From Nitrospinota bacterium (GTDB lineage Bacteria > Nitrospinota > Nitrospinia > Nitrospinales > VA-1), in assembly GCA_038108555.1 (NCBI GenBank), contig JAYNIA010000010.1, forward strand, positions 1 through 57,885: a stretch of 57,885 bases of DNA. The letters run 5' to 3'. This document shows, piece after piece, positions 1 through 9,277 of the stretch. The notes below the pieces were generated by a model. The model searched no databases and was not told where the DNA came from. It worked only from the letters and a program-made list of their open reading frames with translations. Positions within the stretch are counted from its first letter, which is position 1. Each line of letters opens with the position of its first letter. The position numbers and the translations under genes are program-made.

Positions 1-1
1 T

Positions 2-223
2 TATAATATAAGTTCAGGTCAGAAAACGACTCTGAAAAAAATTGTGAATACGATCCAACGTATTAAAAAAAATGTGAAGGTCGAGTTCAAGCCGGGAGCC
101 GGGGATAATATATCTTATTGTTGTGATTCCAGCCGATTCAAAAAGGACTTTGGCTGGAAACCGGCAACATCTCTAGCCCAGGGGATCGAACGGTCTCTCA
201 AATATTATGGGACGAAAAAATAA
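2..223 (+). CDS. NAD-dependent epimerase/dehydratase, C-terminal part (5' end outside window)
   Basis: Manual translation of frame 2 gives YNISSGQKTTLKKIV...DSSRFKKDFGWKPATSLAQGIERSLKYY, typical of an extended-SDR C-terminus. TAA at 221-223 abuts the next ATG. Confidence 0.8.
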   Translation, partial: YNISSGQKTTLKKIVNTIQRIKKNVKVEFKPGAGDNISYCCDSSRFKKDFGWKPATSLAQGIERSLKYYGTKK

Positions 224-628
224 ATGAAAAATATAGAAATTCTTGATCTGGATAAAAAGGCGGATGAAAGAGGGTGGCTGATAGAGGTTTTGGGAGGAGA
301 GCTGCCGGAAGGATGCAAGGAATTCGGGCAATTGCATGTTTCCGTGGCCTATCCTGGAAAGGTACGTGGCAATCATTACCACACCCGCAAGGTGGAGTGG
401 TTTTGTGTGCCTGCGGGAAAAGGGTTGTTGTTGCTCAAAGACCGGCAAACGGGAGAGACCCGGGAGGTTATGATGGGAGTCGATAATTTAAAGACCATCA
501 AAATCGAACCGGGAGCCATTCATGCCATTAAGAATATTGGTGAAGATGATATGGTATTAATAGTGTATTCTAACGAAACATTTGATCCGGATGACCCGGA
601 TACTTTTTATGAAAAGATACTTGAGTAG
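224..628 (+). CDS. WxcM-like / dTDP-sugar 3,5-epimerase cupin-domain protein
   Basis: DERGWL, PGKVRGNHYH..KVEWF and HAIKN cupin motifs, plus a DPDTF tail. Confidence 0.85.
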   Translation: MKNIEILDLDKKADERGWLIEVLGGELPEGCKEFGQLHVSVAYPGKVRGNHYHTRKVEWFCVPAGKGLLLLKDRQTGETREVMMGVDNLKTIKIEPGAIHAIKNIGEDDMVLIVYSNETFDPDDPDTFYEKILE

Positions 629-689
629 ATGGTTCTAATTTAAACTTGGCAAATTTTTTCAGATTTCCCCTTCCCGGCAAACCCATTTA

Positions 690-1772
690 ATGAAAATCAC
701 TTTCCTCGCTAGTCAATATGCAAGAATCAGCGGTGGCAACCGCGCTTTATTTGAATATGCCAACCGTTTAAAAAAAATGGGGCATACGGTCCGCTGGTTT
801 GTTTTGGCCAAGCCTGCGCGATGGTATCGAATAGACCACTGGCCCCGGTTTTTAAATAAGACCGTTGATGTTTTATCTCCCGATGTTATCGACTGGATGG
901 ATAATGATATTCCCATAGAAAAACTATCCATAAACGATGCCAGCTTGATCCCGGAATCAGATATTTTATTGGCGACGGCCTGGCAGACCGCACATTTTTC
1001 GGCTTCATTTCCTGCCGGAAAAGGAGAAAAATTCTATTTCGTTCAGCACCATGAAAGCTTGTGGACCCGGGAAAAAGGGAAAGCACAAAATACTTATTAT
1101 TTGCCTTTCAGGAAAATGGTGATTTCAACCTGGCTGAAAGAGATTTTGGAGGAGCAGTATCAACAGAAGGCGGAAGTTCTTGTGACTCCCGTCAATCAGG
1201 ATATTTTTTATAAAGTAGAAAAAAACGGAGAGGCCGGGACACGGGTTTGTGCACTTCATCATGATTACGACTGGAAAGGTTACAAGGACGCGATTGCGGC
1301 TGTAAAAAAAGTGCGTGCAGAAAATTGTAAAATAGAACTGGTGGTTTTTGGCGAGAAGATTGAGGATCCGACTCCATTATATGAAGAAGCGGGTTTTGAG
1401 TTTGAATACCACTACCGTCCAACTGGAGATGCCTTGATGAAATTATATTCTTCCTGCGGGACTTTTTTATGTTCGAGCTGGTACGAGGGACTGGGAATGC
1501 CTGCGATGGAAGCCATGATGTGCGGAACCGCTCTGGTAACGACGGACACCGGTGGGAGCCGTGACTATGCTCTGAATGAAGAAACGGCTTTGGTTTCCCC
1601 TGCCAAAGACCCGGAAGCCCTTGCAAAGAACCTCATCCGGATTTTAAATAATGATTCCCTGAGACTGGATCTTGCGGAAAAGGGTTATCAGAAAATCCGG
1701 GAATTTTCCTGGGATGCAAATTGTGAACGCCTGATAAAGTGTTTTGAAGATTCTTTAATTAATAGAAAATGA
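690..1772 (+). CDS. Glycosyltransferase family 4
   Basis: SGGNR..FEYANRL N-terminus, ATAWQTA, and the GT-B signature EGLGMPAMEAM..G. Confidence 0.9.
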   Translation: MKITFLASQYARISGGNRALFEYANRLKKMGHTVRWFVLAKPARWYRIDHWPRFLNKTVDVLSPDVIDWMDNDIPIEKLSINDASLIPESDILLATAWQTAHFSASFPAGKGEKFYFVQHHESLWTREKGKAQNTYYLPFRKMVISTWLKEILEEQYQQKAEVLVTPVNQDIFYKVEKNGEAGTRVCALHHDYDWKGYKDAIAAVKKVRAENCKIELVVFGEKIEDPTPLYEEAGFEFEYHYRPTGDALMKLYSSCGTFLCSSWYEGLGMPAMEAMMCGTALVTTDTGGSRDYALNEETALVSPAKDPEALAKNLIRILNNDSLRLDLAEKGYQKIREFSWDANCERLIKCFEDSLINRK

Positions 1773-2941
1773 CACGAAAAGTATCCAAAAAGAAATTATT
1801 CCTTTTTGCCCTAATCCCTTTTTTTCTTTTTCTGATTGTCTTGGAGTTTGGAATAAGGGTTATTTGGGAGTTTGAGCCAAACCGCGTTCTTTGCTATCAC
1901 CCGGTAATGGGTCGGACATATTGTCCTGGAACGAAAGGCTATCTCACCGAAAATAAGGTGAGGATGCATGTTGAAGTCAATGATGACGGATTGCTGGGGA
2001 AAGCCTATCCCGTTGAACGGGTTCCGGGAAAATATCGTATCGCATTATTGGGAGATTCCTTCACCTCCGCGGAAGCGGTTAAGCCGGAACAAAAATTTGC
2101 CGGGTTGTGGGAAAAAAGATTGTCAGAGAAGATACCTGGAGGGGTCGAGGTTATAAATTTTGGAGTGGGAGGAACGGGAACCTGGCAACAATCGCAAATG
2201 TTTCACCTCAAAGCCCGGAAATATAAACCGGATTTAACAGTGGTGGCTTTTTGCTGGTGTAATGACATTGACAATAATATTGATAAATCTAAGAGTGGAG
2301 ATATGAGTCCGCTTCTGGATGAATATGACGTAGGATGGTTTAAACAACTACAGGCGAAACGAAAAAACTTTAACAAGTGGCTTTGGAACAATAGTGCGTT
2401 ATATCAATTTACGCGGACCAAATATAATCACATGGAGCATTATTTTAAAAGAATGTTCTTGCCCGATTATATGAAAAAAAATCCTATTCCAAAATCCAAA
2501 GATAAAAACACATCTCCGGATAAAGTTGAAAAAAAGGAAGAGAAAAAATCCAAACCCCCTGAATATTTAAAAGATACAGTTTCAATTTTTGATGATTTAT
2601 TTTTCTTCGACTCCGAAGGTTGGGAGATTACCCGTAAACTCCTTCTGAAACTCCGGGATAAGGCGAAGGAGAACGGAAGTGAATTTGCAGTCGTCCATTT
2701 TGGAGGAGTGCATCAATATAGAAATTTTCCTGTCTTGCCCATTAAAAAATTTGATGACTTTTTGAGGGCAGAAGGAATTCCTCATTTCAATTTGTTCGAT
2801 TTGTTTATTAAGATTGATGATGAGTTTTTATTCGAAAACTTCATCCCGAATGATGGTCATTTGAGCGCAACAGGACATCGCCATTTTGCAGACTTCTCAA
2901 CCGAATTTCTATTCAACCTGATTGAGAAATCCAAAACTTAA
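1769..2941 (+). CDS. SGNH/GDSL hydrolase family protein with N-terminal membrane anchor
   Basis: GDSFT block I, NFGVGG block II, ND block III and DGH catalytic motif. Hydrophobic N-terminus; 4-bp overlap with the upstream gene. Confidence 0.85.
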   Translation: MTRKVSKKKLFLFALIPFFLFLIVLEFGIRVIWEFEPNRVLCYHPVMGRTYCPGTKGYLTENKVRMHVEVNDDGLLGKAYPVERVPGKYRIALLGDSFTSAEAVKPEQKFAGLWEKRLSEKIPGGVEVINFGVGGTGTWQQSQMFHLKARKYKPDLTVVAFCWCNDIDNNIDKSKSGDMSPLLDEYDVGWFKQLQAKRKNFNKWLWNNSALYQFTRTKYNHMEHYFKRMFLPDYMKKNPIPKSKDKNTSPDKVEKKEEKKSKPPEYLKDTVSIFDDLFFFDSEGWEITRKLLLKLRDKAKENGSEFAVVHFGGVHQYRNFPVLPIKKFDDFLRAEGIPHFNLFDLFIKIDDEFLFENFIPNDGHLSATGHRHFADFSTEFLFNLIEKSKT

Positions 2942-2988
2942 GCTTAAAAATTTCCTCAAAATTGTTTGCCGCTGGATAATTACAGTCT

Positions 2989-4026
2989 ATGAAAAAAATT
3001 TCTGCCATTGTAGTTAACTGGAATGGAAAAGATGTTCTTTCTGGATGCCTGCGATCCTTGCTGGATCAGGATTACAAAGATTTGGAGATTCTGGTTGTCG
3101 ATAATGGCTCGGAAGATGGTTCTCAGGATTTTATTAAAAACGAATTTCCTTCGGTTGTATTGATTGAGAATAAAGAAAATCTGGGTTTCGGTCCCGCAGT
3201 GAATAAAGGATTCCAGCAGGCTAGCGGGGATTATTTTATTTTTCTGAATAACGATTTAGCATTGCAACCAGATTGCCTGCGTCAATTGAAGGAATTATTG
3301 GATTCTGATTCAACCATCGGGGCAGCAATCCCTAAAATTTTATACTACTCAGACGCTGAAAATAATTCTTCAGGTGAAGGTGTAAGAATTAATTCTTATG
3401 GTGTTCTCATCAACTATACGGGAATTGCCTGCCCCAATTTGATCGATCAGGTGGATCGCCCCGACCTGCCTCTTACAGAGTCCGCATGTGGTGGGATATT
3501 CATGATTCCGAGGAATGTTTATGAGAATGTGGGCGGATTTGATGACGAACTGTTTCTCTATCATGAAGACCATGATCTTTCATGGCGAATAAGAATGATG
3601 GGGTGGAAATTAATGGTCACTCCAAAATCAATCTGTAGCCATCATTACAATTTTAATAAAGGTGTTCTTAAATTTTATCGGTCTGAAAAAAACAGGCTGC
3701 ATATTTTGTTGAAAAATTTTGAATGCAAGACCTTGTGGTTGATTGCGCCTGCAATATTCTTGGTGGAGATTTCGCAAATCATTCATTCGCTTTTTCATGG
3801 TTGGTTTGGGCTTAAGCTAAAGAGTTATATGGAAACCCTTGCTGAGTTTGTAAAGATCAGTAGAAAAAGAAGAAGAATTCAATCCACAAGAAAAGTGGCG
3901 GATAAGGAAATAGTTCGGTTGTATCAAGATACGATTGCGGTCTCGGGATTAAAAAATCCCCTGGTGGATTATTTTCTGAATCCTATTTTAAAAATTTACT
4001 GGTTCTGCATTCGAGGATTGATTTAA
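2989..4026 (+). CDS. Glycosyltransferase family 2
   Basis: VNWNG, VVDNGSEDGS, ENLGF, FLNND and GGFD..FLY.ED.DLSWR motifs. Confidence 0.92.
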   Translation: MKKISAIVVNWNGKDVLSGCLRSLLDQDYKDLEILVVDNGSEDGSQDFIKNEFPSVVLIENKENLGFGPAVNKGFQQASGDYFIFLNNDLALQPDCLRQLKELLDSDSTIGAAIPKILYYSDAENNSSGEGVRINSYGVLINYTGIACPNLIDQVDRPDLPLTESACGGIFMIPRNVYENVGGFDDELFLYHEDHDLSWRIRMMGWKLMVTPKSICSHHYNFNKGVLKFYRSEKNRLHILLKNFECKTLWLIAPAIFLVEISQIIHSLFHGWFGLKLKSYMETLAEFVKISRKRRRIQSTRKVADKEIVRLYQDTIAVSGLKNPLVDYFLNPILKIYWFCIRGLI

Positions 4027-5384
4027 TTGTTTTCAGCTGAGCCAAACAATTTCCCGGCCACTTCCCGCCTGTACATAAAAATTTCTTCCAAATCTTTACG
4101 TACCAGCCAATGGGCCACGATGTCTCCCGGAACCCAACCGGGAAGGATATAATGAACCCGGTCTCGGATAACTGTTCCGCCGTCTTTTTCATGAAACTCA
4201 TGAATGTGATGCCAGGAGGAATAAGGGCCACGCGTTTGGGTATCTGCAAATCGGGTTTCATGAATGCATTCGGTAATTTTGGATTGCCAGCGCATGGGTA
4301 TTCCCCTAATTTTTAAACTGTAATTTAGAACGGTCCCCTCGCGAATGGGTGTGGAAGTTACTTTTAGAATTTTAAACTGCAATAATTTAGGAGTCAGTTT
4401 TTCGAGATTGTTGGGGTCGGTAAAGAAATCAAAAATCTTACTTATGGGTTGTGGCACCCATTGCTCGATGACTAAAGTATGTCCCGTTTGTTCTCCTATA
4501 TTTCTAAGGGCATTTTCTAGTTTTGGGTAGATAAATTTATAACCTAATTCATTTGCCCGGGCAGGGGAAACCTTTTGGCTGTTTAGCAGTATTTGAGACA
4601 TTTCTCCTAATAAAAGTTTAAGTGCCCATGCAGGAACTGGAAACATTGCGGGACGTTTTAACGTTTCCGCCAGGGTGGCAGTGAATGTGCGATTGGTTAC
4701 GGGATTGGGGCTTACTGCATTCACCGGTCCTTCAAAAGAATTATTATCAATGGCCTCGACTATAAGCCCTGCAAGATCGCGCACATGAATCCAACTCATC
4801 CATTGGTTTCCATTGCCGATGTTTCCCCCCAAACCGAGTTTGAACACGGGCAACAATTTTTCCATGGCCCCGCCATCGAAACCTAATACCATACCTATTC
4901 GGAAGGCGATGGTTCTAATGTTTAAAATTTCTTTGGCTTTAAAGGTTTCTTTTTCCCAGTCATTACAAACTTTTGCAAGGAATCCGTTTCCGATGGGGGA
5001 TGTCTCATCGGGAATGATCGAGTTTTCATAAATTCCAATAGCTGAAGCAGAGATCCAGGTCTTCAGGGGGTGGGAATTATTTTGAAAATATTTAATGAGA
5101 TTTCGAGTCGATAGGACTCTTGAATCATAGATCAATTGTTTTCTTTTTGAAGTCCAACGACCACTTGCAATGTTTTCTCCGCACAGGTTGATTACAGCAT
5201 CAATTTTTTCACCAATATGTAATGAGTCTTTTTTCCATTCGATGACCTTGCATGCGACAGGCAGGCGAACTTGTGCCAATTTGGTGTTGCGGGTAAGGAC
5301 AGTTATTTCGTGCCCTTTTTCCTTCAATAGGGGTAAAAGTGTTTTTCCTACGAACCCCGTAGCTCCTGTAACCAGTATTTTCAT
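4023..5384 (-). CDS. TIGR01777-family NAD-dependent epimerase/oxidoreductase fused to a C-terminal SRPBCC (START-like) domain
   Basis: TGATGFVG, INLCGENI..RW and GNQWMSWIH motifs. The C-terminal ~150 aa (F.FF.DP.NL..LTP, F.D.Q..GPY..W.H.H.F, IF.YR) looks like SRPBCC. Confidence 0.88.
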   Translation of the reverse strand: MKILVTGATGFVGKTLLPLLKEKGHEITVLTRNTKLAQVRLPVACKVIEWKKDSLHIGEKIDAVINLCGENIASGRWTSKRKQLIYDSRVLSTRNLIKYFQNNSHPLKTWISASAIGIYENSIIPDETSPIGNGFLAKVCNDWEKETFKAKEILNIRTIAFRIGMVLGFDGGAMEKLLPVFKLGLGGNIGNGNQWMSWIHVRDLAGLIVEAIDNNSFEGPVNAVSPNPVTNRTFTATLAETLKRPAMFPVPAWALKLLLGEMSQILLNSQKVSPARANELGYKFIYPKLENALRNIGEQTGHTLVIEQWVPQPISKIFDFFTDPNNLEKLTPKLLQFKILKVTSTPIREGTVLNYSLKIRGIPMRWQSKITECIHETRFADTQTRGPYSSWHHIHEFHEKDGGTVIRDRVHYILPGWVPGDIVAHWLVRKDLEEIFMYRREVAGKLFGSAENN

Positions 5385-5402
5385 GATTTAAATTTTAAAA
5401 TG

Positions 5403-5430
5403 TTGACATGCAAAAATTTTTCTGTACGGT
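5403..5430 (+). promoter_or_regulatory. Putative sigma70 promoter for the CDGSH gene
   Basis: TTGACA at 5403-5408, 16 nt spacer, TACGGT at 5425-5430 (weak -10). Confidence 0.4.
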
Positions 5431-5465
5431 GATTTCTTTCATAAACTTTTTTTAAGGATATTCTC

Positions 5466-5696
5466 ATGGCCTATGAAAATTCTCCAATGTTTGTAGATGA
5501 AACGCCCGGGATTAAACATTATTGCACCTGTGGTGAATCTGGTAATAAACCTTACTGTGATGGGTCGCACAGCTCCAAAGCAACAGGTAAAGCTCCGAAA
5601 GAGTTTGTTGTTGAAGAAGCCAGGCGACTTGCCATTTGTGATTGCGGCCGAACCAGCAAATCGCCTATGTGTGATGGCACTCATTCCAGATCCTGA
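5466..5696 (+). CDS. CDGSH iron-sulfur domain protein (two [2Fe-2S] motifs)
   Basis: CTCGES..KPYCDGSH and CDCGRT..PMCDGTH; AAGGA SD upstream. Confidence 0.93.
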   Translation: MAYENSPMFVDETPGIKHYCTCGESGNKPYCDGSHSSKATGKAPKEFVVEEARRLAICDCGRTSKSPMCDGTHSRS

Positions 5697-5731
5697 CCGG
5701 GGATCACTTTATACATCATATTTAAATTGAT

Positions 5732-5780
5732 AAAACCGGCTGATTCGGAAGGGTTGTTTATTTCAAAACAGCCGGTTTTT
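5732..5780 (+). terminator. Inverted repeat, probable intrinsic terminator after the CDGSH gene
   Basis: AAAACCGGCTG (5732-5742) pairs with CAGCCGGTTTT (5769-5779), ending in a T-run. The loop is long (26 nt). Confidence 0.5.
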
Positions 5781-5938
5781 CAATTCCTTCTATTCCAAAA
5801 ATGTGTCTACAATTTTGCACGCTGTTATAGGAAACTGCAACTTTTCCAAATCTATTAAAAGCCCCTTTTTCAATCCAATATTTTTTAACCATTTGTAATA
5901 ATTGAGATTATGTGAAAGCTGCCGAATAAAGACGATTT

Positions 5939-5954
5939 TGGCAAAACCTTTGCA
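5939..5954 (+). promoter_or_regulatory. sigma54 (-24/-12) promoter
   Basis: TGGCAA-AACCT-TTGCA with exact GG-N10-GC spacing. IHF-like TAACCATTTGTAA lies upstream near 5885-5897. Confidence 0.7.
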
Positions 5955-5995
5955 TTATCAAGGGTAACACCACAAATTCTATGGAGGGTATTGCC

Positions 5996-6181
5996 ATGTT
6001 TTATGATGTGAAAGTAATGGATCCTCAGGGACATATTAAGAAAGTTGTTTCAAGTCAGGAACTCAGCAAATTGCATTGGAGGACATTTCAGTTGAAAGAA
6101 GATAATAAGACTTTGACTCCGGTAAGAAATTCCAAGTTCCCGAAATGGGCAAAAAAGAAACTGGATTTGGAATTTAGATAA
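5996..6181 (+). CDS. Small basic hypothetical protein (61 aa)
   Basis: GGAGG at 5983-5987 precedes ATG 5996; the ORF follows the sigma54 motif. Starts MFYDVKVMDPQGHIKKVVSSQELSKLHW. Confidence 0.7.
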   Translation: MFYDVKVMDPQGHIKKVVSSQELSKLHWRTFQLKEDNKTLTPVRNSKFPKWAKKKLDLEFR

Positions 6182-6203
6182 GAATGTTTTTAATTGAATC
6201 AAC

Positions 6204-7334
6204 TCAGGAACGAGCGAGGGTTTGGTAAATTTTCAGCATTTCCCGGTTATTTCTTTCCGGGGGAAATTGTTCGGCCAGTTCTCTTGCTTTTTCTCCCATT
6301 GTTTCCCGTGTGGAAGCATCGAATAAATAGTTAATGCTCTCCGCAATTTCTTTAGGATTGAATGGGTCTTTTACAATTAAACCGTTTTGTTTGGCATCAA
6401 TGATATTAGCTGCCCCGCAAAATTTTGTGGTGATAATGGGTAGGCCAGATGCCAGGGCTTCAAGGTTGGCATTTCCAAATGGCTCATAAATGGAGGGAAG
6501 AATAAATAGATCGGCTGCTGAATAATATTTTTCGATTTCCGGATCAGGTTCTTTGGCAATGATCCTCTCTTTTATATTATCCGGAGCGTATTGCATATAT
6601 TTTTGAAAATTCCCCTTCCCCATTAGAAGTAGCTTCCAGTCCTTATCTTCCAAATACTCCGTGGACTGTAGTAAAAATTTTAGGCCCTTTCTTTCAAATC
6701 CGGAACCAACAAACAATATTAAAATTGAGGATTCGGGGATCCCCAATTTCTCTCTTATTGCTTTTTTGTAAGTGCTTTTATTCCGTGGATGAAAACGGTT
6801 CAGGTCAACACCATTGTAAACAACGGAAATATTTTCTGGAGGGCATTTGTAATTTTCTAAAATATCGTCTTTAACCATTTGGGAAATTGCTATTATTTTT
6901 TTACATTGACCCGATTCGAAAATATTTTTTTCAAGTTTAAGAATGAGTTGATGAAAGGGATTAAAGAAGAGGAATAGTTTTTTAATAGGAGAGATTTGTT
7001 TTCCTCTTTGATTGAGCCATTTAATGTGACACCCATCGCCGGCACGGTAAACATCTTGCATCCAGGTTTTTTCGTGGCTTTGGATAATGTCAAAATTTTG
7101 CTTTTGAACTAATTTAGCAACTCTTCTCGCAAAGGAAAGGGTTCTGAAAAAAGCATTGAAGGTTAGAGTCGGAACAAAATGGTGATGGATGTTTGTATGC
7201 CGGGAAGGGGTCCAGCTATTCGCAAAAATATGGACTTCGTGACCGGATTCAGCAAGTTGATGGATGAATCCATCAGCGAATTGTTCGGCGCCACCATATA
7301 GAACAAATTTTTGTCGAATAATGGCAATTTTCAT
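6204..7334 (-). CDS. Glycosyltransferase family 4 (RfaG/WaaG-like, LPS core)
   Basis: YGGAE, DVYRAGDGCH, FVGSGFERKG and YEPFGNANLEALASG motifs. Confidence 0.9.
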   Translation of the reverse strand: MKIAIIRQKFVLYGGAEQFADGFIHQLAESGHEVHIFANSWTPSRHTNIHHHFVPTLTFNAFFRTLSFARRVAKLVQKQNFDIIQSHEKTWMQDVYRAGDGCHIKWLNQRGKQISPIKKLFLFFNPFHQLILKLEKNIFESGQCKKIIAISQMVKDDILENYKCPPENISVVYNGVDLNRFHPRNKSTYKKAIREKLGIPESSILILFVGSGFERKGLKFLLQSTEYLEDKDWKLLLMGKGNFQKYMQYAPDNIKERIIAKEPDPEIEKYYSAADLFILPSIYEPFGNANLEALASGLPIITTKFCGAANIIDAKQNGLIVKDPFNPKEIAESINYLFDASTRETMGEKARELAEQFPPERNNREMLKIYQTLARS

Positions 7335-7348
7335 CTTGTTCTAAAAAT

Positions 7349-8461
7349 TTAATTTCTTAATGCATCTTCATAAACGGAAATTGTTTCGTTGATCATGCGG
7401 TCAATCCCCAATTCCTTTTTACAAAACTCATAACCTTTTTCTGCATTTTTCTTTTTCAAATCCGGGTTCTCTATAAGTTTAATAATGCCTTGTGCAAGGT
7501 CTTCTTCATTTTTGGGTTCCACTAAAACTCCTCTTTCTCCGTGACCCAACAATTCAGGAACCGACCCGACCCGTGTTGCCACAAGCGGGGTTTTCATTGC
7601 GAAGGCCTGTGGAATGACCTGGGGGGTCCCCTCTCCGGTAAAGGAGGCTAAAACTTGTATGTCTAGTCCCGCCATAATTTCAGGGATATCCTCCCGGTGT
7701 CCCACAAGGGTAAGAACATTTTCCAGACCCAGCGATTTTGCAATGGATTTTGTTTGTTCAAATCCGGGACCTCTGCCTACAAATACGAATCGCGTCTCAG
7801 GATATTTTTCTAGAACTATTGGAGCGGCTTTTAATAAATAGTCATAACCTTTCCATCCGCGAATGACTCCAATTTTTCCTATGAGGTTTTGACCGGGTTC
7901 AATACCCAGTTCCTTTCTGATAGCTTGACCGTTTGTATTAAAATCGAATCGTTTGAAGTCGACACCTGCGGAAATTGATTTTACATTTTCTGGTTTAACC
8001 CCAGAAACAGATTTAACAACCTCAGAAATGGCATCGCCACTGGTAATAATTTTTTTTGGAATTTGGGAATACAGCCAGTTATTAGGAAAGGCACCATTTA
8101 TTGGAATGGAAATGTGACGGCTGCGTACAACAGGTATTCCTTTTAATTTGGATGCAGAACCCACCAGCCAACTGTCGATGGAACTATGCGTGTGTACGAT
8201 GTCCGGTTTGGCTTTTCCCAGTATTCGTGAGATGGAAGCAAATGAAAACGGATTTGCAGGGCTTTTCATCAGCAGGGGATAGCAATTGAAATTGGAAGAG
8301 GAAACGGTCTGGCATTTTTTCCATAAATAACTTTCTGGTTGGCAAACCAGAGAGACTTGATGGCCCCGTTCCAGTAATAATTCGCTTTCCTGGAAAACCC
8401 TGATTTCCTGCCCGCCCCATCCTGTCGCCGATTCGGAGTGAAGAATATGAAGAGATTTCAA
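7349..8461 (-). CDS. Glycosyltransferase family 4
   Basis: GWGGQEIR, HTHSSIDSW, WKG and EGTPQVIPQAFAM motifs. Confidence 0.9.
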   Translation of the reverse strand: MKSLHILHSESATGWGGQEIRVFQESELLLERGHQVSLVCQPESYLWKKCQTVSSSNFNCYPLLMKSPANPFSFASISRILGKAKPDIVHTHSSIDSWLVGSASKLKGIPVVRSRHISIPINGAFPNNWLYSQIPKKIITSGDAISEVVKSVSGVKPENVKSISAGVDFKRFDFNTNGQAIRKELGIEPGQNLIGKIGVIRGWKGYDYLLKAAPIVLEKYPETRFVFVGRGPGFEQTKSIAKSLGLENVLTLVGHREDIPEIMAGLDIQVLASFTGEGTPQVIPQAFAMKTPLVATRVGSVPELLGHGERGVLVEPKNEEDLAQGIIKLIENPDLKKKNAEKGYEFCKKELGIDRMINETISVYEDALRN

Positions 8462-8583
8462 TTAGAAACCTTATTTTACAAGTTGATTATTTGCAGCAAC
8501 GGCTAATTTAGCATATCTCCAAGGGCGTTGTCGATGTGAGTAAGTCCTTCAATTGTAGAAATAAAAGGGGGGATTTTTGGGGA

Positions 8584-9264
8584 TTATTTTTTCCTGCATC
8601 TCCAGACAAGATCTCTTCCAAACAATGCGATGGATAAAAAAGCCGATCTGCCCCGGCAACTGGTCAACTCTTCAATGACGAAATTTTTTTCAAGATATTG
8701 TCTAAGAAGCATCACATTGTAGGCGCGCAAATGGGTTTGGTCGTAATCGATCAGGCGTCCTTTTAATACACGCAATCTATTTTTTAAATGATAAGAGTTT
8801 GGAACGGAACCAATAAACATTCCATCGGGTTTTAAAATCCGCGAAACTTCTGCAATTGTCAATTCCGGGTAGGGAAGATGCTCGATGACTTCACCTGCCA
8901 CAACAACATCAAAGGAGGATGTTTCCAAGGGAATTTGTAAACTGAAATCGGCCCAGATAGTTTCAATATTTAAATTCTTTTTACAATCTTCCAGAGCAAG
9001 TTTGTCGATGTCCAGACCCGTTACTTCGTTTTGGTCGATAAAGTGTCGTGTTAATATTCCGTCCCGGCAACCCATGTCCAAAACTTTTTTATTGGTTCCC
9101 ATCCACTTTTTGAATAGCTTTGAACGTTTCTCTTCAGAAACGGATTGATTCCTCCGGTTGCCGCCAAGATGGTGTTTGCTGTAAAAATCGGCAAGGATTC
9201 GCATGTCCCGATCAGGTTTTTCGACTATCTCATCTGAATGCGAATTTCCTTTATCTTCTTCCAC
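8584..9264 (-). CDS. Class I SAM-dependent methyltransferase
   Basis: VLDMGCRDG, GLDID, FDVVVAGEVIEHL and RILKPDG motifs. Start moved to GTG 9264 (GGAG SD, no overlap with the upstream gene). Confidence 0.88.
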   Translation of the reverse strand: MEEDKGNSHSDEIVEKPDRDMRILADFYSKHHLGGNRRNQSVSEEKRSKLFKKWMGTNKKVLDMGCRDGILTRHFIDQNEVTGLDIDKLALEDCKKNLNIETIWADFSLQIPLETSSFDVVVAGEVIEHLPYPELTIAEVSRILKPDGMFIGSVPNSYHLKNRLRVLKGRLIDYDQTHLRAYNVMLLRQYLEKNFVIEELTSCRGRSAFLSIALFGRDLVWRCRKK

Positions 9265-9277
9265 AATCAATGCTCCG

